64,000 nucleotides of DNA, taken from NCBI GenBank assembly GCA_964434715.1, contig CAYSWC010000003.1, forward strand, positions 6,652 through 70,651, read 5' to 3'. This stretch comes from an uncultured Candidatus Saccharibacteria bacterium. GTDB taxonomy: Bacteria; Patescibacteriota; Minisyncoccia; UBA6257; 1-14-0-10-40-38. This document shows, piece by piece, positions 15,231 to 23,437 of the stretch (position 1 is its first letter; every line of letters begins with the position of its first letter). The notes beneath the pieces are model-generated. The model did not search any database. It had not been told where the DNA came from and worked only from the letters and a program-made list of their open reading frames with translations. Position numbers and translations under genes: made by a program.

Positions 15231-18200
15231 TTATAAACAACGGGTAAACCCGCACTGCCGGCAGGAGAGACACCCTTCGCCCATTTGAAGCGGCGCGCCG
15301 CAGTCCGGACAGCCGGGCACGAGCCCATAGTCAGCGATTTGCTTAGGAACCGGATTCATATTTTCCTCTTTATGGGCCGCAACCGGCAGTAATTCTTTTG
15401 ATCCGCCGTTCATAAGAGCGGCTTTGCTTTTAGCATGCTCTTCTAAAACCTGACCAATGGCATCAGGGAGGGAGAGCACCGTGCCCTTATCAGTTAAAAC
15501 CGGCATGGGACCGCGGATGCCTTTAAGCTGTTCAATCACTGATTCCACCTTAATGCCGGAGCGGAGCGAGAGTGAGATCATCCGGCAGATTGCCTCGCTT
15601 TGCTCCTGAAAAAAGCCGCCGCTTTTGCCAATGGTCGCAAAAATCTCAAAGGGCACGCCGCGCTCATCATCATTGATGGTGATATAAAGATTGCCGTAGC
15701 CGGTTTTAACCTTATAGGTTCTGCCGCTCATGGACTCGGGACGCACTCGCGGTTCCAGCCGGCCTTTGTCAATTTTAAGATCCAACGAAGGTTCGCCGAG
15801 TTTTTTAGTGGTTGAAATCTCGGTGGGCGCGACAAGATTTTCTCCGGTTCCCAGATTGAGAATTTGGACGGTGCGGCTGCCGTCGCGGTAAACCGTACAG
15901 CTCTTGCATTTCATTTTCCAAGCCATAATATAGCCGCGAACCACATCTTCTTCGGTTGCGCTATTGGGGAAGTTGATGGTTTTGGAAATGGAATTATCAA
16001 CATATCTCTGAAAAGCCGCTTGGGTTTTAATGTGATCATCGGCCGAAATGTCCATGGCTACAACAAAAGTCCGGCGGAGTTCTTCGGGCAAATCTTTAAG
16101 ATTCTGGATACTGCCGGTTTTAATGATGTTTTCTTTAATTTTCCGGATTTTGTCTTTGGAGAATCTGTATCTGCCCAAAACCCCTTCAAAATATTTATTA
16201 AAGTAATGGTACTGCTGGCCGTCTTTATCCTGCTTAACATAAGCCAAGGCAAAGTTGGGCTCCACGCCCGAGGAGCAGTCAAGCATCATGGAGATGGAAC
16301 CGGTGGGCGCAACCGTGGTTAGGGCGGCGTTTCTCATTTTGATTTTCTTTTTTGGGAAAACGCTTAATTTGATATTAGCAAATACTCCTTTTTCTTTAGC
16401 CAATTCCCCGGACGCCTTATGAGCGGTTTCGGTAATAGCTTTCATAACCCGCTCGGCCATTTTAATACCGGCGGGAGAATTGTAAGCAATGCCGGTTTGA
16501 TACAAGAGATCGGCAAAACCCATAATACCCAAACCAATGCGGCGGTTTTTTCTTGCCAAATCAGTGACTTTTTGAACCGGAAAATCAAAAGAATCAATGA
16601 CGTTGTCCATAAGGCGCGTCGCTGTTTTGGTTACCAAGCGGAGCCGCGCCCAGTCAACCTTGCCGTCTTTAGCAAAAGCCGCCAGGTTGATGGAGCCCAA
16701 ATTGCAGTTGTCGTAGTGATGAAGAAATTGTTCTCCGCACGGATTAGAACAGTCAATCGGGCCTAAGCCCGGCAAGGGATTAGTGCGGTTGACTTCATCA
16801 ATAAAGACGATTCCCGGCTCGCCGTTTAACCAAGCATAATGGACTAGCTCATCAAAAAGCTGTTTGACCGTAATATCCACCTCTTCCACGCTGACCACGC
16901 TTCCGTTTCTTGCCCGAATGACTTTTCGCGGCTTCATTTTTTTGCCATTCCAGTTGCAGTACCACTGCTCATTAGGGCTGGTTTCCAGTTTTTTCATAAA
17001 CTCATCGGTGACTTTGACCGAGATATTGAAATTGCGGATTTCACCCTCCACTTCTTTGGAACGGATAAAATCCAAAACATCCGGGTGATCCACCTGCATC
17101 ATGGCCATGTTGGCACCGTGCCTTGAATTTTTTGTGTAGAGACCCGCATTGATCATATGCACATCTTCCACCTCAAAGTCATAGACGGCTTTTGTGCCGG
17201 TCGGCTTGATACTTTTAACTTTTGAAGGCACAAACCCCAGCCATAAATTATTTTTCTCCAGTCGTTCAGCGGCTGCGGTATTTTTTCTTTGGAGCAGAAA
17301 AGCTGTCTGTATTTGCGAGAGAACCGAGTAACTAATGGTGGTGCGAACACCGTCGTGTTTGTTCCTGATATCTTGATATTCATATCCTAAATCACGAATC
17401 GGGTGAAAAGGGAAAATCCAGCCGAAATCTTTAGTTCCCACTTTCTTCTGAATTTTCCAGGAATAACGAGACACCTTTTCATAGAATTTTTCAGTAAATA
17501 CCTTACCGATTATTGAGAGCCGATAAACCCGGCGCCATTCTCTACGCCGTTTTTCCGAGGCAATCTTAGAACCAATGCCGTTGGCCAAAAGAAGCAGCTG
17601 GAGTTGTTTTATAAATTCTTCACTCGAAGAGGCAATGCGGTAATTTTTACCATTATCGCCATCGCCGTCAAAAAAGCCAGCCACAAAAGCCGTCTGAACG
17701 CTTGAAGGAGAAGTTAGAATTTTTTCGGGAAGAGCTATTTCCCAAGAATGCTTTTTAAGCAGACCGTTCTCGGATAAGAATTTTTTAACCCAAAGCGAAT
17801 TAATCTTTAATCGCCGGCAATTTTCACCCGCCGTCTTAGCAATGAGCGGATTGACGGCAAACAACTCGTTGACTAATTCAATCGTCTTATTTTGAACCTC
17901 AATATCGTCAGGAATTACCAAGCCAATACCTTGAGCATCATTCCAGCCATCGGCAAAATACCAGCCCAAGAAGTATCCGAGTTCCTCATTTAAAATCTCC
18001 GGCTGTCTTATTGCTTTTAATTGCAGACTTGTATATTTGCTTTTTTGATAACTTACTTTTTGTAACGGCAGCTTTCCGAAATTATTATTTTCATCACCCA
18101 ATTTGAGCAATAGCGTATCCCGCCCACCAAGTTCTTTTACCATTTTTAAAACAATTTGATCATTTTCAATCACCGCCACCTTGTGATTAGGGGTTAATTC

Positions 18201-18917
18201 AATTGAAAACCCGGAATCCAAAGTCAATTTAACTGTCTCTTGAATGCCGTTAGAAAATACTTCGGTTACCTTGTTCCAGCCTTGTTCGGTAAAAGTTTCA
18301 TCACCCGTGTGGACTTGCTCAATCGGAATCAATCCTCGCTTAGTGACAATTAAAGTCCCCTTGGCAAAACATTGTTGCTTGATCATCCCGAAGGCTTCGT
18401 TATAAACCTTTAAGAAAGATACCGGGCCCGAGGAAACGCCGCGGGATTTTTTAGTCGGGCTTAAAGCCGGACGAAGATGGGAAAAATCAAAGCCCAATCC
18501 CGAACCAGCCTGCTGTAGCATAGCCGCGTCTTTCAAAGTCTGGAAAATACTCTCCATTGAGTCTAAGACCGGGAGCACAATGCAGTTGGCAATCAGAGGC
18601 GTGCCGGTGCCGACATTGGTTAAAGTGCGGCCGGCTGGCGTATATTCCTTGCGGGACATAATTTCAAAGAAATCCCGCTCGGTTTTCTCAATAAATTTCT
18701 TGTCGGCCCCGTAATTTTTCTCCACTTGGGCTAGAGCGCGGGAAACCCGATGAAACATTTCTGTCGGCGACTCCTGTTTGCCGTCATCGTGCGTAAAGAA
18801 ATAGCGCTTGCGCATCATTTTAAGCGCGTTTTCCGAAAAAGACTCGTTAATTAAGTCGTCCGCTGATTTTTGCGGGAACTTAAGTTCCCGCCGCCGAAGC
18901 TTGGTAACCCGCCGCAT
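15231..18917 (-). CDS. nrdJ: Class II (adenosylcobalamin-dependent) ribonucleotide reductase NrdJ, interrupted by an intein
   Basis: The exteins carry NPCGEQ (active-site Cys/Glu), SGPVSFLKVYN and a C-terminal Cys4 ribbon CPDCG..CLSCRQCG. An in-frame 415-aa insert lies after ..GMIKQQ. Confidence 0.9.
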   Translation of the reverse strand: MRRVTKLRRRELKFPQKSADDLINESFSENALKMMRKRYFFTHDDGKQESPTEMFHRVSRALAQVEKNYGADKKFIEKTERDFFEIMSRKEYTPAGRTLTNVGTGTPLIANCIVLPVLDSMESIFQTLKDAAMLQQAGSGLGFDFSHLRPALSPTKKSRGVSSGPVSFLKVYNEAFGMIKQQCFAKGTLIVTKRGLIPIEQVHTGDETFTEQGWNKVTEVFSNGIQETVKLTLDSGFSIELTPNHKVAVIENDQIVLKMVKELGGRDTLLLKLGDENNNFGKLPLQKVSYQKSKYTSLQLKAIRQPEILNEELGYFLGWYFADGWNDAQGIGLVIPDDIEVQNKTIELVNELFAVNPLIAKTAGENCRRLKINSLWVKKFLSENGLLKKHSWEIALPEKILTSPSSVQTAFVAGFFDGDGDNGKNYRIASSSEEFIKQLQLLLLANGIGSKIASEKRRREWRRVYRLSIIGKVFTEKFYEKVSRYSWKIQKKVGTKDFGWIFPFHPIRDLGYEYQDIRNKHDGVRTTISYSVLSQIQTAFLLQRKNTAAAERLEKNNLWLGFVPSKVKSIKPTGTKAVYDFEVEDVHMINAGLYTKNSRHGANMAMMQVDHPDVLDFIRSKEVEGEIRNFNISVKVTDEFMKKLETSPNEQWYCNWNGKKMKPRKVIRARNGSVVSVEEVDITVKQLFDELVHYAWLNGEPGIVFIDEVNRTNPLPGLGPIDCSNPCGEQFLHHYDNCNLGSINLAAFAKDGKVDWARLRLVTKTATRLMDNVIDSFDFPVQKVTDLARKNRRIGLGIMGFADLLYQTGIAYNSPAGIKMAERVMKAITETAHKASGELAKEKGVFANIKLSVFPKKKIKMRNAALTTVAPTGSISMMLDCSSGVEPNFALAYVKQDKDGQQYHYFNKYFEGVLGRYRFSKDKIRKIKENIIKTGSIQNLKDLPEELRRTFVVAMDISADDHIKTQAAFQRYVDNSISKTINFPNSATEEDVVRGYIMAWKMKCKSCTVYRDGSRTVQILNLGTGENLVAPTEISTTKKLGEPSLDLKIDKGRLEPRVRPESMSGRTYKVKTGYGNLYITINDDERGVPFEIFATIGKSGGFFQEQSEAICRMISLSLRSGIKVESVIEQLKGIRGPMPVLTDKGTVLSLPDAIGQVLEEHAKSKAALMNGGSKELLPVAAHKEENMNPVPKQIADYGLVPGCPDCGAPLQMGEGCLSCRQCGFTRCL
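17127..18371 (-). mobile_element. Intein with LAGLIDADG homing-endonuclease domain in NrdJ (aa 183-597)
   Basis: Starts with Cys (CFAKGTLIV) and ends ..GLYTKN followed by Ser. LAGLIDADG motifs LGYFLGWYFADGW and FVAGFFDGDGD. The penultimate residue is Lys rather than the usual His. Confidence 0.85.
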
Positions 18918-19151
18918 GTTTTTAAAGACTCAAATTTCAAAGCCCAAACCTCAAAGTGATTTAAAATTTGGATTTTAAAATTTGAAACTGGTTAATGATC
19001 GCGCTTTTTAATTTTACTCCTCCGATCGCAAAAAGGGAACAAGCTGAGTTATCAACAGATTGACTGAAAATTAAGTTTGTTTCAAAATTGCCAGCCACAA
19101 ACCTTGTTTTTCCTAAAAATATGCCTTAAAATAGCAAAATACGCCATAATT

Positions 19152-19222
19152 GCCGGAGTAGCTTAATGGTAAAGTAGGCGCCTGAAGAGCGTCTGAAGGC
19201 AGTTCGATTCTGCCCTCCGGCA
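19152..19222 (+). tRNA. tRNA-Phe (anticodon GAA)
   Basis: Acceptor GCCGGAG/CTCCGGC, anticodon arm GGCGC-CTGAAGA-GCGTC (G37), T arm GGCAG-TTCGATT-CTGCC. Confidence 0.85.
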
Positions 19223-19342
19223 CAAAATATTCACCCCCGCGGCACCCCGAAAAATAAAAATAGACCCCAATGGTCTATTTTTATCTCGGGGTAGGCCCTT
19301 TAGCAGCTAGAAACCCCGGGTTCTCGGGGTTTTTGTCTCCCC

Positions 19343-19371
19343 TTGACACGTCTCTTATACTATGCTATAAT
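19343..19371 (+). promoter_or_regulatory. Consensus promoter TTGACA-17-TGcTATAAT
   Basis: TTGACA at 19343-19348 and TATAAT at 19366-19371. Followed by an 11-bp perfect 5'-UTR hairpin CATTGTTTAGC (19377-19387) / GCTAAACAATG (19400-19410). Confidence 0.65.
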
Positions 19372-19454
19372 AGGGACATTGTTTAGCTGGCATAGACTGG
19401 CTAAACAATGGCTCTTCGAAAATCCATTATTTCCCCTTTTTAAGGAATGTTGTG

Positions 19455-19784
19455 ATGAACGGTATCGGGATCGGTTCGCGCGTTCTCTTTCCTTTCGCCC
19501 TCGGCGAGGCTGAGGGTACGGTGGTCGCTTTCTCGCTATCGGGCGTGAAGGCGGCCATGAGCGAGATCATCTACCGGCGGTGGGGCCGCGTGCGGCGCAT
19601 CCACGACCCGGGCAACAGGATCGTGAGGCCGTTCGGCACCCTCCGAGTCAAGGAGAGGGAACCTCGGTTCGGCGACATCGTCGCGACCCAACCGGCCACG
19701 ACGACTCACCGGAGTTTCTTCTGGCGTCTCGCCGCCTACGCCCGACAGATCGCGGCGAGCATCTTCGCCTACTTCTTCGGTTAG
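19455..19784 (+). CDS. GC-rich orphan protein (109 aa)
   Basis: ATG at 19455 lies 7 nt after AAGGAA. The product MNGIGIGSRVLFPF.. is Arg-rich with a hydrophobic tail. No family recognised. Confidence 0.5.
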   Translation: MNGIGIGSRVLFPFALGEAEGTVVAFSLSGVKAAMSEIIYRRWGRVRRIHDPGNRIVRPFGTLRVKEREPRFGDIVATQPATTTHRSFFWRLAAYARQIAASIFAYFFG

Positions 19785-19966
19785 TAAGGCGCTAGCCGAA
19801 GGCCGACCCACCAAACCGGAAGGGGAAAGACAATGCCATTCCTCTGATGAAAGACGAAACTTCGGAGTCACAACCCCGAAATGGCTCCAATCCTACTGAA
19901 GGGGATCTCGGGTTGCGGCAGGGGCGCCTGACCGTGTAAAAGTAAACTTCAAATTAGAGACGCACT

Positions 19967-20005
19967 CCGCCTAAATCCAACGCAGGGTTTAGGCGGACTT
20001 TTTTT
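19967..20005 (+). terminator. Rho-independent terminator
   Basis: CCGCCTAAA-tccaacgcaggg-TTTAGGCGG, then acTTTTTTT. Confidence 0.8.
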
Positions 20006-20037
20006 ATCTTTAAAAAGGTAGTAGAATATCCAGCAAT

Positions 20038-20112
20038 GGTGGGTGTAGCTTAGTGGTAAAGCGCCGCTCTGTGGCAGCGGTGATGAGGGTTCGATTCCCT
20101 TCACCCACCCCA
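20038..20112 (+). tRNA. tRNA-His (anticodon GTG) with encoded G-1 and CCA
   Basis: G-1, then GTGGGTG/CACCCAC acceptor, C73, D arm GCTT-AGTGGTA-AAGC, anticodon arm CCGCT-CTGTGGC-AGCGG, 3' CCA encoded. The 3' end overlaps the recombinase stop region by 12 nt. Confidence 0.9.
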
Positions 20113-21717
20113 TCGTGAACGAATAGAGGCAAGAGCTTCAGTTTGTGTTGTATTCATCGGCATTTTATTCGGTTCTAACCTTAAGTATTCTTTTTCCAAT
20201 TCAGGGTAGCCATTTCCAATCTCGGCAAACCATTCATTTGGTTCAATAACGAGCTTTTGGTCTTTAATTATCGGTGTTTTGCCGAGAGCAAGTAAGATTT
20301 CTTTCTTCAGTTCTAACCCTTCCTTGCCTTTTGCCATCAAAAACGCTTTACGGGCATAAGTAGCGAAACTAAATGTTTTTTCAGTAAGTTCAAGCCAACG
20401 CTCGGCTCTCGTTTCGGTTTCCCGCAAGTTTCCTTTTAATTGCGTGATTTTGCTTTGTAGAGTATTTTTCTCGGCAATAAAAGTTTCATCATCAATGAGA
20501 TTGCGGTATCTCATCTTGGTAAGTTCATCCAGCTCGTTTTGGGCTTGCACCACCGCCTTGTGCCGCATTTCGTAAATCTTTGTCCTGTCCTCAATCTCGG
20601 TATCATTCTTTTTATTTAAGCCCTCTAACGCCCACTGCAAAAACTCTGGCAAGATGGTGTATTTTTCTATTTCTTTTTCAATTTGCAATTCCAGAGCATT
20701 AACAGGTATAACTTTCTTTTGCGTGCAAATAACTTTTTTAGTTTTTCTCGTGCAATGATAATAGATAAATTCCTTTATCGTGCCAGTTCTCTTTATGAGC
20801 TTTCTTTTGGTCTCGGCAGTATAAAGACAACCGCACTCCTCGCACCGAATAGCCCCCGTAAAAGCGAATGTGTGTTTTTGTGGTCTTGGTTTACCCTCTC
20901 TACCAAGTATCATTTGCACTCGGTCAAATTCTTCAAGCGTTATCATCGGCTCGTGCTTACCTTCATATTGTTTGCCGTCCCATTCTAAAATCCCCGCATA
21001 GAACAAATTAGTGAACATTCTATAGATACCGCTCAAGGACAATTCTTTCCCGCCCTCCCTTTTGTATTTTATCGTTTTCAACCCCCACTCATTATTTGCA
21101 ATCTCTAAAATTTTCGGCGGAGTATAACTGCCCGTAAGCATTAAATCCCACATTTTGCGGACAACATTAAATCGTTCTGCATCTTTAGTTATTACTTTTT
21201 CGGCTTTATCGTTCAAGTATCCAAGAGGAGCACGGGAAGGAAGCCAGCCCCGTTGGAGTTTTCCTTCCACGCCTCGTTTCGTATTTTTTCTTAAATCAAT
21301 AATAAATTGGTTCGCCATTCCGCTTTCAACATTGAAAAGTAGAACATTGTCGTCTGGCAGATATTGTCGGTCTATAGTTTGAATTGATTTGAGTATCGCC
21401 CGTTGCAAAAGCCAGCTTAACTTGCCGCTATCAATCGGGTTGCGAGATAAGCGGTTTATCTGCCAGCACAAAATCCCGTCCGCCTCGCCTTTTTCAATTC
21501 GCTCTATCATCTCGTCAAAAATTGGGCGGTTGTTTGGCTTCTTCGCCGATTTTGCCTCGGTATAGATTTTCTTAATATTCAAATTCAAATCACTGGCGAG
21601 CTGTTTGAGCCGATTTATCTGGTCATCAATGGATTGCACCTGTCGGTCTTCGCTCTCCGATGACTTTCTGGCGTAAATGAAGTATTGGATTTTAGTTTGT
21701 TTATCGTCTCGGTTCAT
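20101..21717 (-). CDS. Large serine recombinase (integrase)
   Basis: 538 aa. Resolvase catalytic domain (YARKSSESEDRQ..SIDDQ), recombinase domain, zinc ribbon CEECG..YYHC and a C-terminal coiled coil. Confidence 0.9.
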   Translation of the reverse strand: MNRDDKQTKIQYFIYARKSSESEDRQVQSIDDQINRLKQLASDLNLNIKKIYTEAKSAKKPNNRPIFDEMIERIEKGEADGILCWQINRLSRNPIDSGKLSWLLQRAILKSIQTIDRQYLPDDNVLLFNVESGMANQFIIDLRKNTKRGVEGKLQRGWLPSRAPLGYLNDKAEKVITKDAERFNVVRKMWDLMLTGSYTPPKILEIANNEWGLKTIKYKREGGKELSLSGIYRMFTNLFYAGILEWDGKQYEGKHEPMITLEEFDRVQMILGREGKPRPQKHTFAFTGAIRCEECGCLYTAETKRKLIKRTGTIKEFIYYHCTRKTKKVICTQKKVIPVNALELQIEKEIEKYTILPEFLQWALEGLNKKNDTEIEDRTKIYEMRHKAVVQAQNELDELTKMRYRNLIDDETFIAEKNTLQSKITQLKGNLRETETRAERWLELTEKTFSFATYARKAFLMAKGKEGLELKKEILLALGKTPIIKDQKLVIEPNEWFAEIGNGYPELEKEYLRLEPNKMPMNTTQTEALASIRSRWGG

Positions 21718-21719
21718 AA

Positions 21720-21911
21720 TTATTGTGTTTTTACTTTATCCAAAAACTTCTTAAATTCGCTCTTGCCTATGCGAAATTCCTTGCCGATTTTATACGCCTT
21801 AACCTTGCCCGATTTTATGTAGCGGTAAATCGTCATATGCGAAACCCGCAGGGCGTTAGCAAGCTCATCAACGAGGTAAAATTCTTGTTTGTTTTTTGTT
21901 TTATTCGGCAT
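21720..21911 (-). CDS. Excisionase/MerR-type HTH DNA-binding protein (63 aa)
   Basis: LVDELANALRVSHMTIYRYIKSGKVKAYKIGKEFRI matches the excisionase-family HTH pattern. It lies immediately upstream of the recombinase. Confidence 0.8.
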   Translation of the reverse strand: MPNKTKNKQEFYLVDELANALRVSHMTIYRYIKSGKVKAYKIGKEFRIGKSEFKKFLDKVKTQ

Positions 21912-21994
21912 AGTAATAATTGGTAGCTATATTGATGTAATCCTTATTTTCTGATTATAAACGATAATAGCATACTTAACAATGGTTTACAAGC

Positions 21995-23131
21995 TCATAA
22001 CGGGGTTTTTGGCTTGATAATCTCAAATCGCTCGTGTTCGGCTCTCAAGAAATCAACCAAATTGGGCACATTTCCGCTTATCTGTCCGAGTTCTTGAAGT
22101 ATCAGGGCAATCTCTTTCTTACGGCGAGAAACGCTCCCGCCTTTGTGTTTCAGTTTCAACTGCTCCCACGCTCCAGCGATGCCAAATTTGGTAGCCATAC
22201 GCACCCAATAATGCAGTTTCTCTTGCTTGGTTTGGCTTAACCCAGAACTCTCTAAATACGAAAAGAGTTTGTTATCTTCCATCTGCGAAAGCGATACCAG
22301 CCCCACCGCTATATCGTTAAACACTTTTTCAAATGTATCACAAAGGATAGCTTTAGCGAGTTCTACATCAAGCAATTCCTCAAGGAAAAAGTCCTTTTTC
22401 TTGCCAGTTTTAACTCGCCTATTCACAACTGCCTCAAAACTATCTTTTCTTTGTAAGGATAATTCAAACTTCAAAGCATTCCTTTTGTGCTTGCCTTGTT
22501 GGTATAAATCTTTTAGTTTCATTTCTTGCTTGGTAAATCCCTGACTAAAAATTTCTCCGAATTTGTCATAAATTGCATATCCTTGCGTGTTCGTATTGCC
22601 GAGAAACTTAATAGCGATACCATCATCCCCGCTACCGAACCAACTCAAACGAAATTTAGAGCTCGGCTTATAATTAAATTGTGCGAGTATTCTTATGACC
22701 TCGTCTGCTCTGCCTAAATAGTCGGGCAATTTAATAACTATTGCGAAATCAACTCGCCTTACGATTGCCTTTCGCAAATGCTCTTTTGTGGTATCAACTC
22801 CCAAGTCATCAAGAAAAAACAGCAATCTTTCAAAAACAGTATCCAAGTCGTTCCTATCTACACTAAACAAACTCGTCCCGTGCACGAGCTTCGGCAAAGA
22901 AACCTGAATTTCCAAAACCTTCTGCGGCTCGGAAAGTCCTCTTATCCGTGTGGGAAGCCCGAATATCGGGCAATAGACGCCCTTTTTTGCCCACGATTTG
23001 GCATATTCACTGCAATACCTCGTGTCCACGCTGAAACCCCTGCCTTGTTGCTTTTTGCCCTCGTTAAAGCGGTTTTTCTCCCGTAGCTTAAACTGCCCGC
23101 TATGAAGTTGTAATACAACGCTATCAATCAT
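21995..23131 (-). CDS. Putative replication-initiation protein (phage/plasmid gene II-like)
   Basis: The likely start MIDSVVLQLHSG overlaps the upstream ORF by ATGATTGA. The MIDxv N-terminus and size are reminiscent of rolling-circle phage/plasmid Rep proteins. This is a weak, pattern-level call. Confidence 0.3.
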   Translation of the reverse strand: MIDSVVLQLHSGQFKLREKNRFNEGKKQQGRGFSVDTRYCSEYAKSWAKKGVYCPIFGLPTRIRGLSEPQKVLEIQVSLPKLVHGTSLFSVDRNDLDTVFERLLFFLDDLGVDTTKEHLRKAIVRRVDFAIVIKLPDYLGRADEVIRILAQFNYKPSSKFRLSWFGSGDDGIAIKFLGNTNTQGYAIYDKFGEIFSQGFTKQEMKLKDLYQQGKHKRNALKFELSLQRKDSFEAVVNRRVKTGKKKDFFLEELLDVELAKAILCDTFEKVFNDIAVGLVSLSQMEDNKLFSYLESSGLSQTKQEKLHYWVRMATKFGIAGAWEQLKLKHKGGSVSRRKKEIALILQELGQISGNVPNLVDFLRAEHERFEIIKPKTPL

Positions 23132-23318
23132 AGTAGCCAGTTTCTTTACGCCGCTTTTCAACCATTTTGAACTCATCCTCGGTCATCGGTTTATAGACAA
23201 GCTCAACCAGACGAAATAATTTCGTCCCTTGTTCCAGAGCTTCCTCTCGGCTGATTTCTTTGCCAAAACGCTTTTTGTAAAGTATTTGGAATTTTCTGAT
23301 TTGCTCGTCCGATAACAT
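23124..23318 (-). CDS. Small hypothetical protein (64 aa), translationally coupled to the Rep-like gene
   Basis: ORF ending ..GYYD with its stop inside the ATGATTGA overlap. Confidence 0.4.
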   Translation of the reverse strand: MLSDEQIRKFQILYKKRFGKEISREEALEQGTKLFRLVELVYKPMTEDEFKMVEKRRKETGYYD

Positions 23319-23437
23319 ACCCTAACTTTAGAAGACGAGGCGATACGCTTTACATAATCTCTTGCTACAATTCGCAAACAAAAAACGGCTTGTTTTTAGC
23401 CGCTTCTCAAAAACTTATTAACACTATGAGAGGAGTA

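Noticed and set aside
18918-19150. Cobalamin riboswitch or NrdR boxes upstream of nrdJ
   Set aside because: I found no GCCACTG B12 box or clear NrdR palindrome pair, only AT-rich AAATTTGAAA-type word repeats.
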